Positions 8,049 to 18,791 of a stretch of 64,000 nt of DNA are shown piece by piece. Position numbers and translations under genes: made by a program. How positions within the stretch are numbered: the stretch's first letter is position 1; every line of letters begins with the position of its first letter. Under the pieces are notes generated by a model. That model saw nothing but the letters and a program-made list of their open reading frames with translations. It was not told the origin of the DNA and did no database searches. The stretch is taken from NCBI GenBank assembly GCA_033549025.1, contig JAWSUS010000013.1, positions 20,672 through 84,671 of the forward strand, written 5' to 3'. The DNA is from Desulfuromonadales bacterium. GTDB taxonomy: Bacteria; Desulfobacterota; Desulfuromonadia; Desulfuromonadales; SZUA-540.

Positions 8049-10817
8049 TTACAGTCTCACCGCCGCCCGGCCATACTGGCCATAGGGAGCAGCTTGCGCT
8101 AAAAGGGGCGCCAGCTCTTCCACCCGGCAGGGACGACTGAAGAAGTAGCCCTGCATCTCCAGGCAGTCACGGGTTTTCAGGTAGTCGAGCTGAAGTTCGG
8201 TCTCGACTCCCTCGGCGATGACATTCAGGTCGAGACTGCGGGCCAGGGCCAGAATGGCTTCAACGATGGCCTTGTCGCTGCCGTCCTCGGGGAGGCGGCG
8301 CACGAAGGACTGGTCGATCTTCACCCGGTCGATAGGGAAGTTCTTCAGGTAACTCAGCGACGAATACCCCGTGCCGAAGTCGTCGATGGCCAGGCTGATG
8401 CCGCGCACTTTCAGATCCGTGAGGGTCATGATGGTGCTCTCGATGTTGTCCATCAGGTGCCCCTCGGTCAGTTCCAGCTCCAGACACTCGGAGGGGAGTC
8501 CCGTTTCTGCCAGCACACGGTCGATCAGGTCGATGAATTTGGGCTGTTTGAACTGCATCCCCGAAATATTTACCGCCACTTTCACCTCGGGGTTGCCGTT
8601 GTCGCGCCAGGTGCGGCACTGACGGCAGGCGGTACGCAACACCCATTCGTCGATGGCCAGAATCAGCGCCGTCTCTTCGGCCAGAGGGATGAACTCGCCG
8701 GGGGAGACCAGTCCTTTGACCGGATCCTGCCAACGCACCAGGGCCTCCAGACAGGTGATGCGCCCCGTGTCCAGGTTGATCTGGGGCTGGAAGCAGAGGA
8801 AAAATTCATCGTTAAGCAGCGCTCTTCGAATGCCGTTTTCCAGTTCCAGCCGCTTCAGGGCCAGGCCGTTCATATCCTCGGAGAAGAAATGATAGCGGTT
8901 GCGCCCCAGACGCTTGGCCTCGTACATGGCGATATCGGCGTTTTTCAGCAGGGTGTCGGCGTCTTCGGCGTCCCGGGGAAAGAGGGCGATGCCGGTACTG
9001 CAGGAGCTGTAGGTCTGATGCCCGCCCACCCATAACGGCTCGGTGAAGATGTCGAGAATCCGCTGGGCGAAGATCGCCGGGCTGTCATCGTGTTCGACAT
9101 CTTCCAGAATAATGGCGAACTCGTCGCCGGAAAGGCGCGCCACCGTATCCATATTGCGCGTGCACTCTTCCATGAGCCGCGCCACGCGGGTCAGCAATTC
9201 GTCGCCCATCTGATGGCCGAGGGAATCGTTGATATTCTTGAAGCGGTCAAGATCGACAAAGAGCACCGCCAGCTTCTTTCCACGACGCTGGGCCATTTTC
9301 ATTGATTGCCGCAGGCGGTCCATGAACAGCCGGCGATTGGGCAGGCCGGTGAGGGCATCGAAATAGGCCAGTTCGCGGATACGGCTTTCCGCCTCCTTGC
9401 GCTCCGTTACGTCACGGGAGATGTGAATAATCTGGCGAATCTTACCGTCGGCCGCCTTGATGGGGACGGCGACGACCTCTTTGTAGCGGGTTCCCTCGGG
9501 CGTCTGCACTTCGTTTTCGACGACGACCTTCTCGCCCGCGGCGGCGCTGCGCACCAGCGAACAATCGCGGCCATCGTTGAAGCAGGGGGAAGAAAATCCG
9601 TGGATCACCTCATGACAGGTGCGACCCAGCACCCCCTTTTCGTTCAGACAACCTTCCTCCGAGAGAAACACTTCATTGACGGACAAAATGCGGTAATCCT
9701 GGGCGTCGATGACAATCAGCGCGTCGTGCAAACTGTTGATAACGCTGGCATTGAATTCACTGAATTCCCGCAGGGCGTCTTCCACCGCCTGGCGCTCGCG
9801 GATGTCTTCCTCCAGCAGGCGATTGGTGTGATGCAGTTCTTCCGTGCGCTCGGCCACCTGAGATTCCAGGGTATCCCGGCTCTGCTTGAGGTTGGTCGAG
9901 AGACTGTTGAAGGCGGCGGCCACCTCGTTGAGCTCAAGGGTGTCGAAAGAACCCACCTGCTCACCCAGCCGCGATTCGTTGTGAACGATCTGCACGACCT
10001 TGTCTTGAATCGTCCCCAGGGGTCTGATAACAAAGCGTCGAGCCAAAAACCACTGCAGGGCAAAGAGGCCGATGAAAACGGCGCCAATCACCCCGTAAAG
10101 CCTGTGGGAAAAGCGATCGGCGTTGGCATAGGCCGCCGCCAGAGGGATGCGAACGGAGAGAGCCGAGACGAGCTGGCCTTCAAAACGGTCGAAGCTCCTT
10201 TCCGGTCCATAAAGCGCAACCAGGTCGGCGGGGGCTCTGTCGGGATCGAGGTGACAGCGCAGACAGGAAGCCTCCATCGCCTCACCGCGCACCATGACCT
10301 CAAAAAAGGGCTTTCCGTCGATTACCCGTACGCCTGACCACTCGTTCAGACTCGGATTCTGGCGCAGGGCCTCGAGAAACGCGCGCTCATACTCATCGGC
10401 TTCGTTGTCCGGGCTGCGGGCATCTACCGCCGCCTCCTTGTAGTAGAGCCCGTCGTTATTTTCTACATTGTCGTAGAAGATTCGGTTGATTTCCCGCACG
10501 GCATAGGTCGACGACATCCAGGTCGGGTCAAAATAGGCTGGTTCCACGGAGCCACCCTGACCCAACCGCTCAAAGAGGCGGGGCTTGAGCTGGCTGTTGA
10601 AGTATTGGTGAACGGCCAGGTTGCGCTGCAGAATCACTTGGGAGCGCCCCCGGGCCTCCTCCAGAGAGTGGCGCCGCATGCCGTAGTTGACAAAAGCCAC
10701 CAGAGCCAGACTTGCCACCACAAAGAGGACCACATTGACCAAGCCCAACACATGGCTGATCCGTGGCGTCCCACCTTTCTGCGGCGACTTCCGTGTTTTC
10801 TGATCTAAATGGGCCAT
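8049..10817 (-). CDS. Membrane diguanylate cyclase/phosphodiesterase: periplasmic heme-c (DUF3365-like) domain, HAMP, PAS, GGDEF, EAL
   Basis: Two TMs around ARSPDNEAD..CLRCH; FDALTGLPNR, RxxD plus SGDEF, EAL, DDFGTGYSS, AEGVET. Start uncertain (10817 or 10838). Confidence 0.92.
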   Translation of the reverse strand: MAHLDQKTRKSPQKGGTPRISHVLGLVNVVLFVVASLALVAFVNYGMRRHSLEEARGRSQVILQRNLAVHQYFNSQLKPRLFERLGQGGSVEPAYFDPTWMSSTYAVREINRIFYDNVENNDGLYYKEAAVDARSPDNEADEYERAFLEALRQNPSLNEWSGVRVIDGKPFFEVMVRGEAMEASCLRCHLDPDRAPADLVALYGPERSFDRFEGQLVSALSVRIPLAAAYANADRFSHRLYGVIGAVFIGLFALQWFLARRFVIRPLGTIQDKVVQIVHNESRLGEQVGSFDTLELNEVAAAFNSLSTNLKQSRDTLESQVAERTEELHHTNRLLEEDIRERQAVEDALREFSEFNASVINSLHDALIVIDAQDYRILSVNEVFLSEEGCLNEKGVLGRTCHEVIHGFSSPCFNDGRDCSLVRSAAAGEKVVVENEVQTPEGTRYKEVVAVPIKAADGKIRQIIHISRDVTERKEAESRIRELAYFDALTGLPNRRLFMDRLRQSMKMAQRRGKKLAVLFVDLDRFKNINDSLGHQMGDELLTRVARLMEECTRNMDTVARLSGDEFAIILEDVEHDDSPAIFAQRILDIFTEPLWVGGHQTYSSCSTGIALFPRDAEDADTLLKNADIAMYEAKRLGRNRYHFFSEDMNGLALKRLELENGIRRALLNDEFFLCFQPQINLDTGRITCLEALVRWQDPVKGLVSPGEFIPLAEETALILAIDEWVLRTACRQCRTWRDNGNPEVKVAVNISGMQFKQPKFIDLIDRVLAETGLPSECLELELTEGHLMDNIESTIMTLTDLKVRGISLAIDDFGTGYSSLSYLKNFPIDRVKIDQSFVRRLPEDGSDKAIVEAILALARSLDLNVIAEGVETELQLDYLKTRDCLEMQGYFFSRPCRVEELAPLLAQAAPYGQYGRAAVRL

Positions 10818-10865
10818 AAGAACTTGTTCCCCTAACATCTGTCTATTTCATAGCATCGATAAAAT

Positions 10866-11933
10866 TTAAAGGCAGACCCTCAGCACCGCCGGGGCCAGCC
10901 CTTCCAGGGGCAGCACCCTGTCCACCCCACCTTTTCTAATTGCCTCCTGTGGCATACCGAAAACAACGCAGGTGGCCTGGTCCTGGGCGAAGGTGACGGC
11001 GCCGGCCTCTTTGAGTTCGAGCATGCCGCGGGCACCGTCGTCCCCCATACCGGTCATGATCACCCCGACGGCGTTCTTGCCGGCGTAGCGGGCCGCCGAG
11101 CGGAAGAGTACATCGACGGAGGGGCGATGGCGGCTGACCAGGGGGCCGTCCTTGATCTGCACGTAGTAGCGGGCGCCGCTGCGTTTGAGCAGCATGTGGT
11201 GATTGCCGGGGGCGATGAGCACGTGGCCGCGCAGCACCGAATCGCCGTCTTTGGCTTCGGCGACGGAGACGGCACAGAGACTGTCGAGGCGTTTGGCGAA
11301 GTTGGCGGTGAAATTCTCCGGCATATGCTGTACCACGACCACACCGGGGCTGTCCATGGGCAGGGCCTGCAGAAAGACCCGCAACGCCTCGGTGCCGCCC
11401 GTGGACGCGCCGACGGCCACGACCTTTTCGGTGGTCTGCAGCATGGCGCCCGAGGCCGGCTTCTGCAGCACGGCATCGGCGGTCAGCTTGGGCGCCGCCT
11501 TGATGGTGCGCTCGCTGAGGCGGTGCGGCTGAGCCGAGGCAGCGGCCTTGACGGTATCGCAGATGCGCAGGCGGGATTCTTCCAGAAACTGCCGCGTGCC
11601 CAGGCGGGGCTTCTCGATAATTTCCACGGCGCCGTATTCCAGGGCCTTCAAGGCCGTCTCCGTCCCCTGGCCCGTCAGGCTCGAACAGATGACCACGGGG
11701 ATGGGGTGCTGGCTCATGATCTTCTGCAAAAAGGTGATGCCGTCCATGCGCGGCATCTCGACGTCGAGGGTGATGACGTCGGGGATCTCCTCCTTCAAAC
11801 GGTCGGAGGCGATAAAGGGGTCGGCCGCCGTGGCCATGACCTCGATCTGCGGATCGGAGGCGAGGAGATCGGCCAGAGTCTGGCGCACCAGGGCCGAGTC
11901 GTCGACAATCAGCACGCGGATTTTTTTCTTCAT
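10866..11933 (-). CDS. cheB: Chemotaxis response regulator methylesterase CheB
   Basis: REC domain plus [25 protein letters not shown]. Confidence 0.97.
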   Translation of the reverse strand: MKKKIRVLIVDDSALVRQTLADLLASDPQIEVMATAADPFIASDRLKEEIPDVITLDVEMPRMDGITFLQKIMSQHPIPVVICSSLTGQGTETALKALEYGAVEIIEKPRLGTRQFLEESRLRICDTVKAAASAQPHRLSERTIKAAPKLTADAVLQKPASGAMLQTTEKVVAVGASTGGTEALRVFLQALPMDSPGVVVVQHMPENFTANFAKRLDSLCAVSVAEAKDGDSVLRGHVLIAPGNHHMLLKRSGARYYVQIKDGPLVSRHRPSVDVLFRSAARYAGKNAVGVIMTGMGDDGARGMLELKEAGAVTFAQDQATCVVFGMPQEAIRKGGVDRVLPLEGLAPAVLRVCL

Positions 11934-12415
11934 GACCGCCCTCCCTGCCCCAGCCGCTTGAGCCAGACTTCGCCTGTATGTGAATGAAACAGAATCTTGC
12001 GCCCCTGTTTGCCTCCCGTATCGGAGGAAGCGACCCGCAACCCCGCCCCGTTGATAAAATCCATGGCCGCCCGGATATTTTTAGTCCCCACGGTGCCGCC
12101 GGAAAAGCCGCCGGTGGTGGTCAGCACATCGGCGCCGCCGAAGACCTTGACCTCGATCTCACGGCGCAGAATCCTGCGCTTTTCAAATTGCTCCAGCATG
12201 TGGGCCAGGGCGCAGTTGACGAACTTGAAACAGTCCTCCGTGGTGCTGGAGGGGAGCAGGGCGTGGCAGATCGCCGCCAGACCCGTTCGCTTGTGGAAGA
12301 AGGTCACTGCCACGCACGATCCCAGAATGGTGGATACCAGGGCTGGTTCGCTGAGAATGAGCAACTCGGCCGGCATCAGAAAAAACGCATTGGGCGGCGC
12401 GGCAAAATCGGTCAT
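11930..12415 (-). CDS. cheD: Chemoreceptor glutamine deamidase CheD
   Basis: [33 protein letters not shown]. Confidence 0.93.
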   Translation of the reverse strand: MTDFAAPPNAFFLMPAELLILSEPALVSTILGSCVAVTFFHKRTGLAAICHALLPSSTTEDCFKFVNCALAHMLEQFEKRRILRREIEVKVFGGADVLTTTGGFSGGTVGTKNIRAAMDFINGAGLRVASSDTGGKQGRKILFHSHTGEVWLKRLGQGGRS

Positions 12416-13251
12416 CGCATAAACCTGTACACGGTAGGAGCGACCTGTTTCAGAGGCACGTTATAGCCGTGCAGCGACTCGGAATGGCCGAGAAAAAGAT
12501 AGCCGCCCGGCCGCAGATAACGGCAAAAGCGGTTCATAAGCTGTTCCTGGGTCGGCTTGTCAAAGTAGATGATGACGTTGCGGCAGAAAATGATGTCCAT
12601 GGGCTCGGGCCAGCCGAAGTCGTCATCCATAAAATTCAGGCGACCAAACGTCACCTGGGCCCGCTGCGCCGGGGCGATACGCACCAGAGGGCTGTTGGGA
12701 TCCTTGCTCTTGAGCAGGTATTTTTTACGAAAGGCCTGGCTGACGGGGGCGATCAGCCGCTTTTCGTACACCGCCCGCCTCGCCTTTTCGAGCACACGGG
12801 TACTGATGTCCGTGGCTAAGATATCAAATTTGAAACCCGGCACCGTCTCGGCATAGTCGGAGAGCACCATGGCCAGGGTGTAGGGTTCTTCCCCGGTGGA
12901 GCAACCGGCGCTCCACAGACGCAGGCGACGGCGCATCCCGGCCCCAGAGGTGCGGGCCAGTTCGGGCAGGGTGGTGGCGGTCAGGTAGTCAAAATGGCTC
13001 GGCTCCCGAAAAAAATCCGTCTTATTGGTGGTAACCGCGTCAAGGAGATGGACCAGCTCTTCGCCCTGCCCCTCTTCGCTGAAGACATGACGGCAGTAGT
13101 CGTCGTGGCTATCCAGTCCCAGAGCGCGCATACGCTTGGTCAGACGCCCCTCGAGCATGGTCTTCTTGCCCGGCGGCATCTTGATGCCCAGCTCATCGTA
13201 AATGAAATGACTGAGCTCGTTGAAGGTTTTGGCGGAAAGGCCTGATTTCAC
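12412..13251 (-). CDS. cheR: Chemotaxis methyltransferase CheR
   Basis: TTNKTDFFRE, WSAGCSTGEEPY, IFCRNVIIYFD, LGHSE; GTG start with AGGAG SD. Confidence 0.96.
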   Translation of the reverse strand: MKSGLSAKTFNELSHFIYDELGIKMPPGKKTMLEGRLTKRMRALGLDSHDDYCRHVFSEEGQGEELVHLLDAVTTNKTDFFREPSHFDYLTATTLPELARTSGAGMRRRLRLWSAGCSTGEEPYTLAMVLSDYAETVPGFKFDILATDISTRVLEKARRAVYEKRLIAPVSQAFRKKYLLKSKDPNSPLVRIAPAQRAQVTFGRLNFMDDDFGWPEPMDIIFCRNVIIYFDKPTQEQLMNRFCRYLRPGGYLFLGHSESLHGYNVPLKQVAPTVYRFMR

Positions 13252-13305
13252 CCGTATCTCCTATGGTCGCCCCCGGCGATGGACCACCGGGGGCGACTCT
13301 GCAGG

Positions 13306-15294
13306 CTAGAAGCGCTCGAACTCGTCGTCCAGCTTGTCGCTGCCCGACCCCATGTCCAGCTGCAGACCCTTGCCGGCCGTTTTCGGCGCGGAAGGCTTGG
13401 CCGCCGGCTTGACCGAGGTCGCTTTGGGCGAAGGCAGGGCGCGGGTGGTAACGCGGGCGGCACTGCCGCTGTTCACCTTGAAGAAGGCGATGGTGTGCTG
13501 CAGCTGCTCGGCCTGGCTGTTGAGCTCTTCCGAAGTCGAGGCCATCTCTTCCGAAGCGGAAGAGTTCTGCTGAATGACCTGGTCGAGCTGCTGGATGGCC
13601 TTGTTGACCTGCTCGGCGCCGGCATCCTGTTCCCTGCTGGCGGCGGAGATTTCCTGCACCAGCTCGGCGGTACGCTGGATGTCGGGCACCATGCGGGCCA
13701 GCATTTCGCCCGCCTTTTCCGCCACTTCGACGCTGCTGCTCGACAGGTCGCTGATTTCGGCGGCAGCGTGCTGACTGCGCTCCGCCAGCTTGCGCACCTC
13801 GGCGGCCACCACGGCGAAGCCCTTGCCGTGCTCCCCGGCCCGGGCGGCTTCGATGGCGGCGTTCAGGGCCAGCAGGTTGGTCTGGCGGGCGATCTCTTCG
13901 ATGATGCTGATCTTATCGGCGATATCCTTCATGGCCGACACGGTCTCGGCGACGGCCTTGCCGCCGTCCTGGGCGTCGCGGGCCGACTGGGTGGCGATTT
14001 TCTCCGTCTGCAGGGCGTTATCGGCATTCTGACGGATGTTGGCGGCCATCTGCTCCATGGAGCTGCTGGCCTCTTCGGCGGCTGCGGCCTGTTCGGTGGC
14101 CCCCTGGCTCATCTCTTCAGAAGAAGCGGAGAGCTCCTGGCTGCCGGAAGCCACGTTGTCGGAGGCGTTCTGCACGTTGCCGACGATCTCGGTGAGTTTT
14201 TCCACCATGTTCTTCATGGCCGCATAGACGCTGGCTTCGTTCTTCACAACCAGATCCATTTTCAGAGTCAGGTCGCCATCGGCAATCTTATTGGTGACCT
14301 CTTCAATCACCGAGGGATCGCAGCCGAGCTGGCGCAGGATGCCGCGAATCAGGAAGAGGGCCGCGAGGATACCGATGATGACGGCCACGATGGCCATGAT
14401 GATGATCACGCGGATGGCCTGATCGTTGGCGGCCTGCACGCGGGGGCCCAGTTCGTCCTGAGCAGCCATGATGCTGAGCTTCAGATCTTCTAAATCCAAA
14501 ACTATCTGATCACCAAGGCTTTCCATGGACTCAATTTCTTTGTTGCGCTCAAATATGAGGTTGGCCACTTGATCGAAGTCTGCGGCATACTTTGTTTGGT
14601 AATCCATTACGGCGGCCAAAAGACGACGCCTTTCCGGGTTTTTCAACTCCCGATGCAACACCGCCAGTCCTTCGACGCAATCAGCCAGTTCCTTGTGGAC
14701 CCGCTCTACATCTTCCAAGCTGTTTGCATCAAGAAAACGCATCGCATAAACCCGGGCCAGCAACAGATCACGCAGCGCAAGGCTGGCATTATAAGCAGCA
14801 ACCATGTCACCATCGGCCCGCGCACTAGTCAATATAGCTGTCAAATCTCTCTCTGCGGCAACCCCGAATTCACCTAAGTTTTTGACAAGCGCATTACGCT
14901 GTTCCCGCACACCGGCAATTTTTTCAAAGCTGGCACCGTATGCTTTGGCTTCTTCTTCAACTTTGGCCAGCTGTCGCTTTCGCTCTGGGTTTTGGATTGA
15001 ATTCCCCGCTTCCTCAATAAACCCTTCCATTGCCGAATACCGTCTATTAAATCGCTCCAGATCGTCTGTATGGCCACTGTTAATAAAATTCGCAGAAGCC
15101 ACCTGGGCATCCAGCAGGTTGGCCTGAATGCGACCACTCGTATTTGTGTTGCGGGCCATGCGGCGGTAATCGGAAAAATCTTTCGATGACTGGCTGATGG
15201 CATTGAAGGCCACGAAGCCGATGATCACCAGCAGGGCCAGCACCACCCCGAAACCGGCCGTCAATTTCTTGGCCAGACTCATTCCTTTAAACAT
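13306..15294 (-). CDS. Methyl-accepting chemotaxis protein with helical (HBM-like) periplasmic sensor
   Basis: Two TMs, [26 protein letters not shown] hairpin, C-terminal pentapeptide EFERF. Confidence 0.94.
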   Translation of the reverse strand: MFKGMSLAKKLTAGFGVVLALLVIIGFVAFNAISQSSKDFSDYRRMARNTNTSGRIQANLLDAQVASANFINSGHTDDLERFNRRYSAMEGFIEEAGNSIQNPERKRQLAKVEEEAKAYGASFEKIAGVREQRNALVKNLGEFGVAAERDLTAILTSARADGDMVAAYNASLALRDLLLARVYAMRFLDANSLEDVERVHKELADCVEGLAVLHRELKNPERRRLLAAVMDYQTKYAADFDQVANLIFERNKEIESMESLGDQIVLDLEDLKLSIMAAQDELGPRVQAANDQAIRVIIIMAIVAVIIGILAALFLIRGILRQLGCDPSVIEEVTNKIADGDLTLKMDLVVKNEASVYAAMKNMVEKLTEIVGNVQNASDNVASGSQELSASSEEMSQGATEQAAAAEEASSSMEQMAANIRQNADNALQTEKIATQSARDAQDGGKAVAETVSAMKDIADKISIIEEIARQTNLLALNAAIEAARAGEHGKGFAVVAAEVRKLAERSQHAAAEISDLSSSSVEVAEKAGEMLARMVPDIQRTAELVQEISAASREQDAGAEQVNKAIQQLDQVIQQNSSASEEMASTSEELNSQAEQLQHTIAFFKVNSGSAARVTTRALPSPKATSVKPAAKPSAPKTAGKGLQLDMGSGSDKLDDEFERF

Positions 15295-15323
15295 AAAAAC
15301 CTCCTGAATTAATTGTGTTTGAA

Positions 15324-15830
15324 TCAGACTTTAACGGTTTCGTCCCCGGGTTGCCCGCCGGTCACTACCGCCAGCTCATCGCTGGAAAAGACCCGGTCGA
15401 TGTCAAGAATGATGATGAACTGCTCGTCGCGCTTGCCCATCCCCTTAATGAACTCGGTACGCAGCCGCGTGCCAATGCGGGGGGGCGGCTCGATCTGATT
15501 GGGCTCCAGGTCAAGAACCTCCTGTACCGAATCGGCCAGGGCGCCAATGACGGTGGTCTCCCCTTCCAGGTCGATCTCGGTGATGATGATGCAGGTGTTG
15601 ACGGTCTTCTCCGTCCGGGTCATGCCGAACTTGAGGCGCATGTCCACCACCGGCACCACGTTGCCGCGCAGATTGATGACCCCGCGCATGAATTCGGGCG
15701 TTTGCGGCACCTTGGTCATTTCGGTGAAGTCGAGCACCTCGCGCACCTTGTCGATACCCAGGGCAAAGACTTCGCCATCCAGCCTGAAGGTCAGGTACTG
15801 GTTGGTCTCCATGCCGTTTTCCACACTCAT
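15324..15830 (-). CDS. cheW: Chemotaxis coupling protein CheW
   Basis: [27 protein letters not shown]. Confidence 0.96.
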   Translation of the reverse strand: MSVENGMETNQYLTFRLDGEVFALGIDKVREVLDFTEMTKVPQTPEFMRGVINLRGNVVPVVDMRLKFGMTRTEKTVNTCIIITEIDLEGETTVIGALADSVQEVLDLEPNQIEPPPRIGTRLRTEFIKGMGKRDEQFIIILDIDRVFSSDELAVVTGGQPGDETVKV

Positions 15831-15866
15831 ACGTACTCCTTCCTGTTTCGATATATGGGACTCTGT

Positions 15867-17996
15867 CTATTTACGGTTTTCTTGCTGTTTTTCCTGTTCC
15901 ACCGCCTTGAGCAGAGAGGCGATATCGAGGATGAGGGCCACGGAGCCGTCGCCAAGGATGGTGGCGCCGGAAACGCCCTCGATCCCGCGATAGAAGCGAC
16001 CCAGGGACTTGATGACTGTCTGGTGCTCGCCGATGACGTGATCGACCACGAAGCCGATCTGCTGCTGGTTGACGCGGGTGATAACGATCTGCTCGACGGC
16101 CGGCCGCTCCCCGGTCATGGCGAACTGACGGCGCAGATCGATGTAGGGAACAAGCTGGCCGCGGACGTTGACCAGGCTGCGACCACTGGCCTGGCCGCGT
16201 GCCTCGGCGGTCAGCTCGATGCACTCTTCGATGGCGTCGAGGGGGAGGACAAAATGGCTGTCACCAAGGCGCACCAGCAGGCTCTCGATAATGGCCAGGG
16301 TCAGGGGAAGGCGGATGCTGATGAGGGTTCCCTTCCCCGGCTGACTGTCGATCTCCAGAGTGCCGCGCAGGGCCTCGATGGCCCGCTTGACCACATCCAT
16401 GCCGACACCGCGGCCGGAGACGCTGGTCACCGAAGCGGCTGTGGAAAAACCGGGGGCGAAGATGAGCTGGTAGAGATCGCGGTCGGCCAGCACGTCGGCC
16501 TCGCTGATAAGATCCCGGTCGATGGCTTTCTGGCGGATGGCCTCGCGGTTGAGACCGCCGCCGTCGTCCTGAATGCGGATGATGACGCTGTCGCCCGAAT
16601 GCTCGGCGGACAGGTGGATGGTGCCCAGGCGAGGTTTGCCCGCCGCCTGACGTTTTTCCGGCGATTCGATGCCGTGGTCGATGCTGTTACGGATAAGATG
16701 CACCAGGGGATCACCCAGTTTTTCGATAACGGTCTTGTCCAGCTCCGTATCGCCGCCGCTGGTCTGCAGGTCGATCTCTTTGCCCAGTTCGCGGGAGAGG
16801 TCGCGCACCAGGCGTTTGAACTTGCTGAAGGTGGTGCCGATGGGGAGCATGCGGATATTCAGGGTGTTGTCGCGCAACTCCGCCGTGAGGCGTTCGACCT
16901 CTTCGGCGATGGCCAGCAGGTCGGCGTCGTTGCGCTGGGCCGCCACCTGGCTCAGGCGCGACTGCACCGTGACCAGCTCGCCGACCAGGTCGACCAGGGC
17001 ATCGAGCTTCTCCGCCGGCACCCGCAGACTGCTCTGGGCCTCTTCCTGCTTGCGTTTTTCCTGCAGCTGGCGAACCTGGTTCTGCTCGGCCAGGGCCGCC
17101 GTAACCTGGCTGGGGGCAACCAGGCGCGATTCGATGAGTTTTTCGCCGAGCTTTTTCTGCTGGCCGAGCAATTCCTGCAATTTTTCCTGACTGATATCGC
17201 CCCGCTCGACCAGAATCTCGCCCAGCTTTTTGGTGTGGCCTTCGGCCAGATCAAGCCCGTCATCGATGCGTTCGATGCGGATTTCCGCCTCATCCTCGAC
17301 AAAGATGAAGACGTCGCGGATGGCATCGAGGCCGGCCTCGGTGGTCAGCACCACATCCCAGAGGACGTGGCACTCTTCCGGGTCGAGATCATCGAGATAA
17401 GGGATGTTCTGCGGCTGGGCCACAATTTCACAGGAACCGAGATCACGCAGTTCGTTGAGCAAAAGGACCGGGTTGGTGCCGCCCCGCAACAGTTGAGGGA
17501 AAGGTTTGAAGCGCACCCGGTACACGGCAACCTCGGCCTCCGTCTTTTTGCCGCCCCTTTTCTCTTCTCCTTTTGGATTGTCGGCCGCCGCCGGCTGCGG
17601 CTGCAGGGCACGAAAGGCTTTGACCAGGGCGGTGCCTTCCTGGGAGTCGTCGGGACGAGCGGGATCGGCCGCGTCGAGCAGGCGCTTGATCTGGTCCCGA
17701 GCCGCCAGGGAGAGGTCTACCAGCTGGCGACTGACGGACAGTTGGCCGTTGCGCACCAGGTCAAAGACCGTTTCGACCTCGTGGGTAAAGGCGGCGATGG
17801 CCTCGAAGCCGAACATGGCCCCCGACCCCTTGATGGTATGCATGGCCCGGAAAACCCGCCCGACCACGTCCATATCTTCGGGCCGCTCTTCGAGCTCGAG
17901 CAGGGATTCTTCCAGTTCGGCCAACAACTCGTTGGCTTCTTCCCGAAAGGCGGCCCGCTGCCTTTCCATCATGGCGGCGATGTCACTCGTGCTCAT
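15867..17996 (-). CDS. cheA: Chemotaxis histidine kinase CheA
   Basis: Hpt FRAMHTIKG, HLIRNSIDHGIE, DDGGG, FAPGFST..SGRGVGMDVV, CheW-like C-terminus; GGAGG SD 6 nt before ATG 17996. Confidence 0.97.
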   Translation of the reverse strand: MSTSDIAAMMERQRAAFREEANELLAELEESLLELEERPEDMDVVGRVFRAMHTIKGSGAMFGFEAIAAFTHEVETVFDLVRNGQLSVSRQLVDLSLAARDQIKRLLDAADPARPDDSQEGTALVKAFRALQPQPAAADNPKGEEKRGGKKTEAEVAVYRVRFKPFPQLLRGGTNPVLLLNELRDLGSCEIVAQPQNIPYLDDLDPEECHVLWDVVLTTEAGLDAIRDVFIFVEDEAEIRIERIDDGLDLAEGHTKKLGEILVERGDISQEKLQELLGQQKKLGEKLIESRLVAPSQVTAALAEQNQVRQLQEKRKQEEAQSSLRVPAEKLDALVDLVGELVTVQSRLSQVAAQRNDADLLAIAEEVERLTAELRDNTLNIRMLPIGTTFSKFKRLVRDLSRELGKEIDLQTSGGDTELDKTVIEKLGDPLVHLIRNSIDHGIESPEKRQAAGKPRLGTIHLSAEHSGDSVIIRIQDDGGGLNREAIRQKAIDRDLISEADVLADRDLYQLIFAPGFSTAASVTSVSGRGVGMDVVKRAIEALRGTLEIDSQPGKGTLISIRLPLTLAIIESLLVRLGDSHFVLPLDAIEECIELTAEARGQASGRSLVNVRGQLVPYIDLRRQFAMTGERPAVEQIVITRVNQQQIGFVVDHVIGEHQTVIKSLGRFYRGIEGVSGATILGDGSVALILDIASLLKAVEQEKQQENRK

Positions 17997-18348
17997 GGCC
18001 ATCCTCCACCCAGAGGCAATTGTCAGGGGCGTCGCTCTGCGGGCAGCTGCAGTGGCGGTCAAAACCGGCCTCGGTCTTAAGAGCCTCCAGTGATGCGGGC
18101 AGGCTGGCCAGGGTCAGGGATTTTCCCGCCCGCACGGCGCTGCGATGGGCGGCGCAGAGAAGCTGCAGCCAGGGAAAGTCCACCTTTTGCGCCTGGGAGC
18201 AGTCGACCACCACCTGGTCGCTTTGGCTCAAGGCCCGCTGCAGCAGCGTTTTCAGCTCGGCGACTTCCTGGATGGTCAGCGCCCCCTTGAGACGAACCAG
18301 GCTGGCGCCCTCATTTTCTTCAATAATTTGGTGTGTCTGTTGTTCCAT
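17983..18348 (-). CDS. STAS domain protein
   Basis: L.G.LTI..V..LK..L...VVVDCSQAQKVDF..LQLL; typical position between cheY and cheA. Confidence 0.85.
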   Translation of the reverse strand: MEQQTHQIIEENEGASLVRLKGALTIQEVAELKTLLQRALSQSDQVVVDCSQAQKVDFPWLQLLCAAHRSAVRAGKSLTLASLPASLEALKTEAGFDRHCSCPQSDAPDNCLWVEDGHEHE

Positions 18349-18377
18349 GAGTTCCCCTTGTCGGAGCGGCAGGTAAA

Positions 18378-18740
18378 TTATCCGATGAGCTTCTTGACCA
18401 CTCCGAGCAGCTTGGCCGGATCGAAAGGTTTGACGAGCCAGCCGGTAGCGCCGGCGGCCTTGCCCTTGGCCTTAAAGTCATCGCCGGCCTCGGTGGTGAG
18501 CATGAGCATGGGGGTGAAACGGTAGGCCGGCAGGCCCCTGAGGTTCTGGATGAGGGTAATGCCGTCCATGTTCGGCATGTTCAGGTCGGTGATGACCAGA
18601 TCGAAGCTCTGCCCCTGGGCCTGGTTCAGGGCGGCCTGCCCGTCGGCGGCCTCCACCACCTCGTAACCGGCCCCCTTCAGGGTGAAGCTGACCATTTGCA
18701 GAATGGAACGGGAATCGTCTGCTGCCAGAATTTTTTTCAT
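18378..18740 (-). CDS. cheY: Chemotaxis response regulator CheY
   Basis: ADDS, ITDLNMPNMDG, LTTE, GWLVKPF; SD GGAGG. Confidence 0.94.
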   Translation of the reverse strand: MKKILAADDSRSILQMVSFTLKGAGYEVVEAADGQAALNQAQGQSFDLVITDLNMPNMDGITLIQNLRGLPAYRFTPMLMLTTEAGDDFKAKGKAAGATGWLVKPFDPAKLLGVVKKLIG

Positions 18741-18791
18741 GTGCCCTCCGTATGTTCGTAAAGTGTGCAAGCCGCGCAAGGGGCGGCATTG

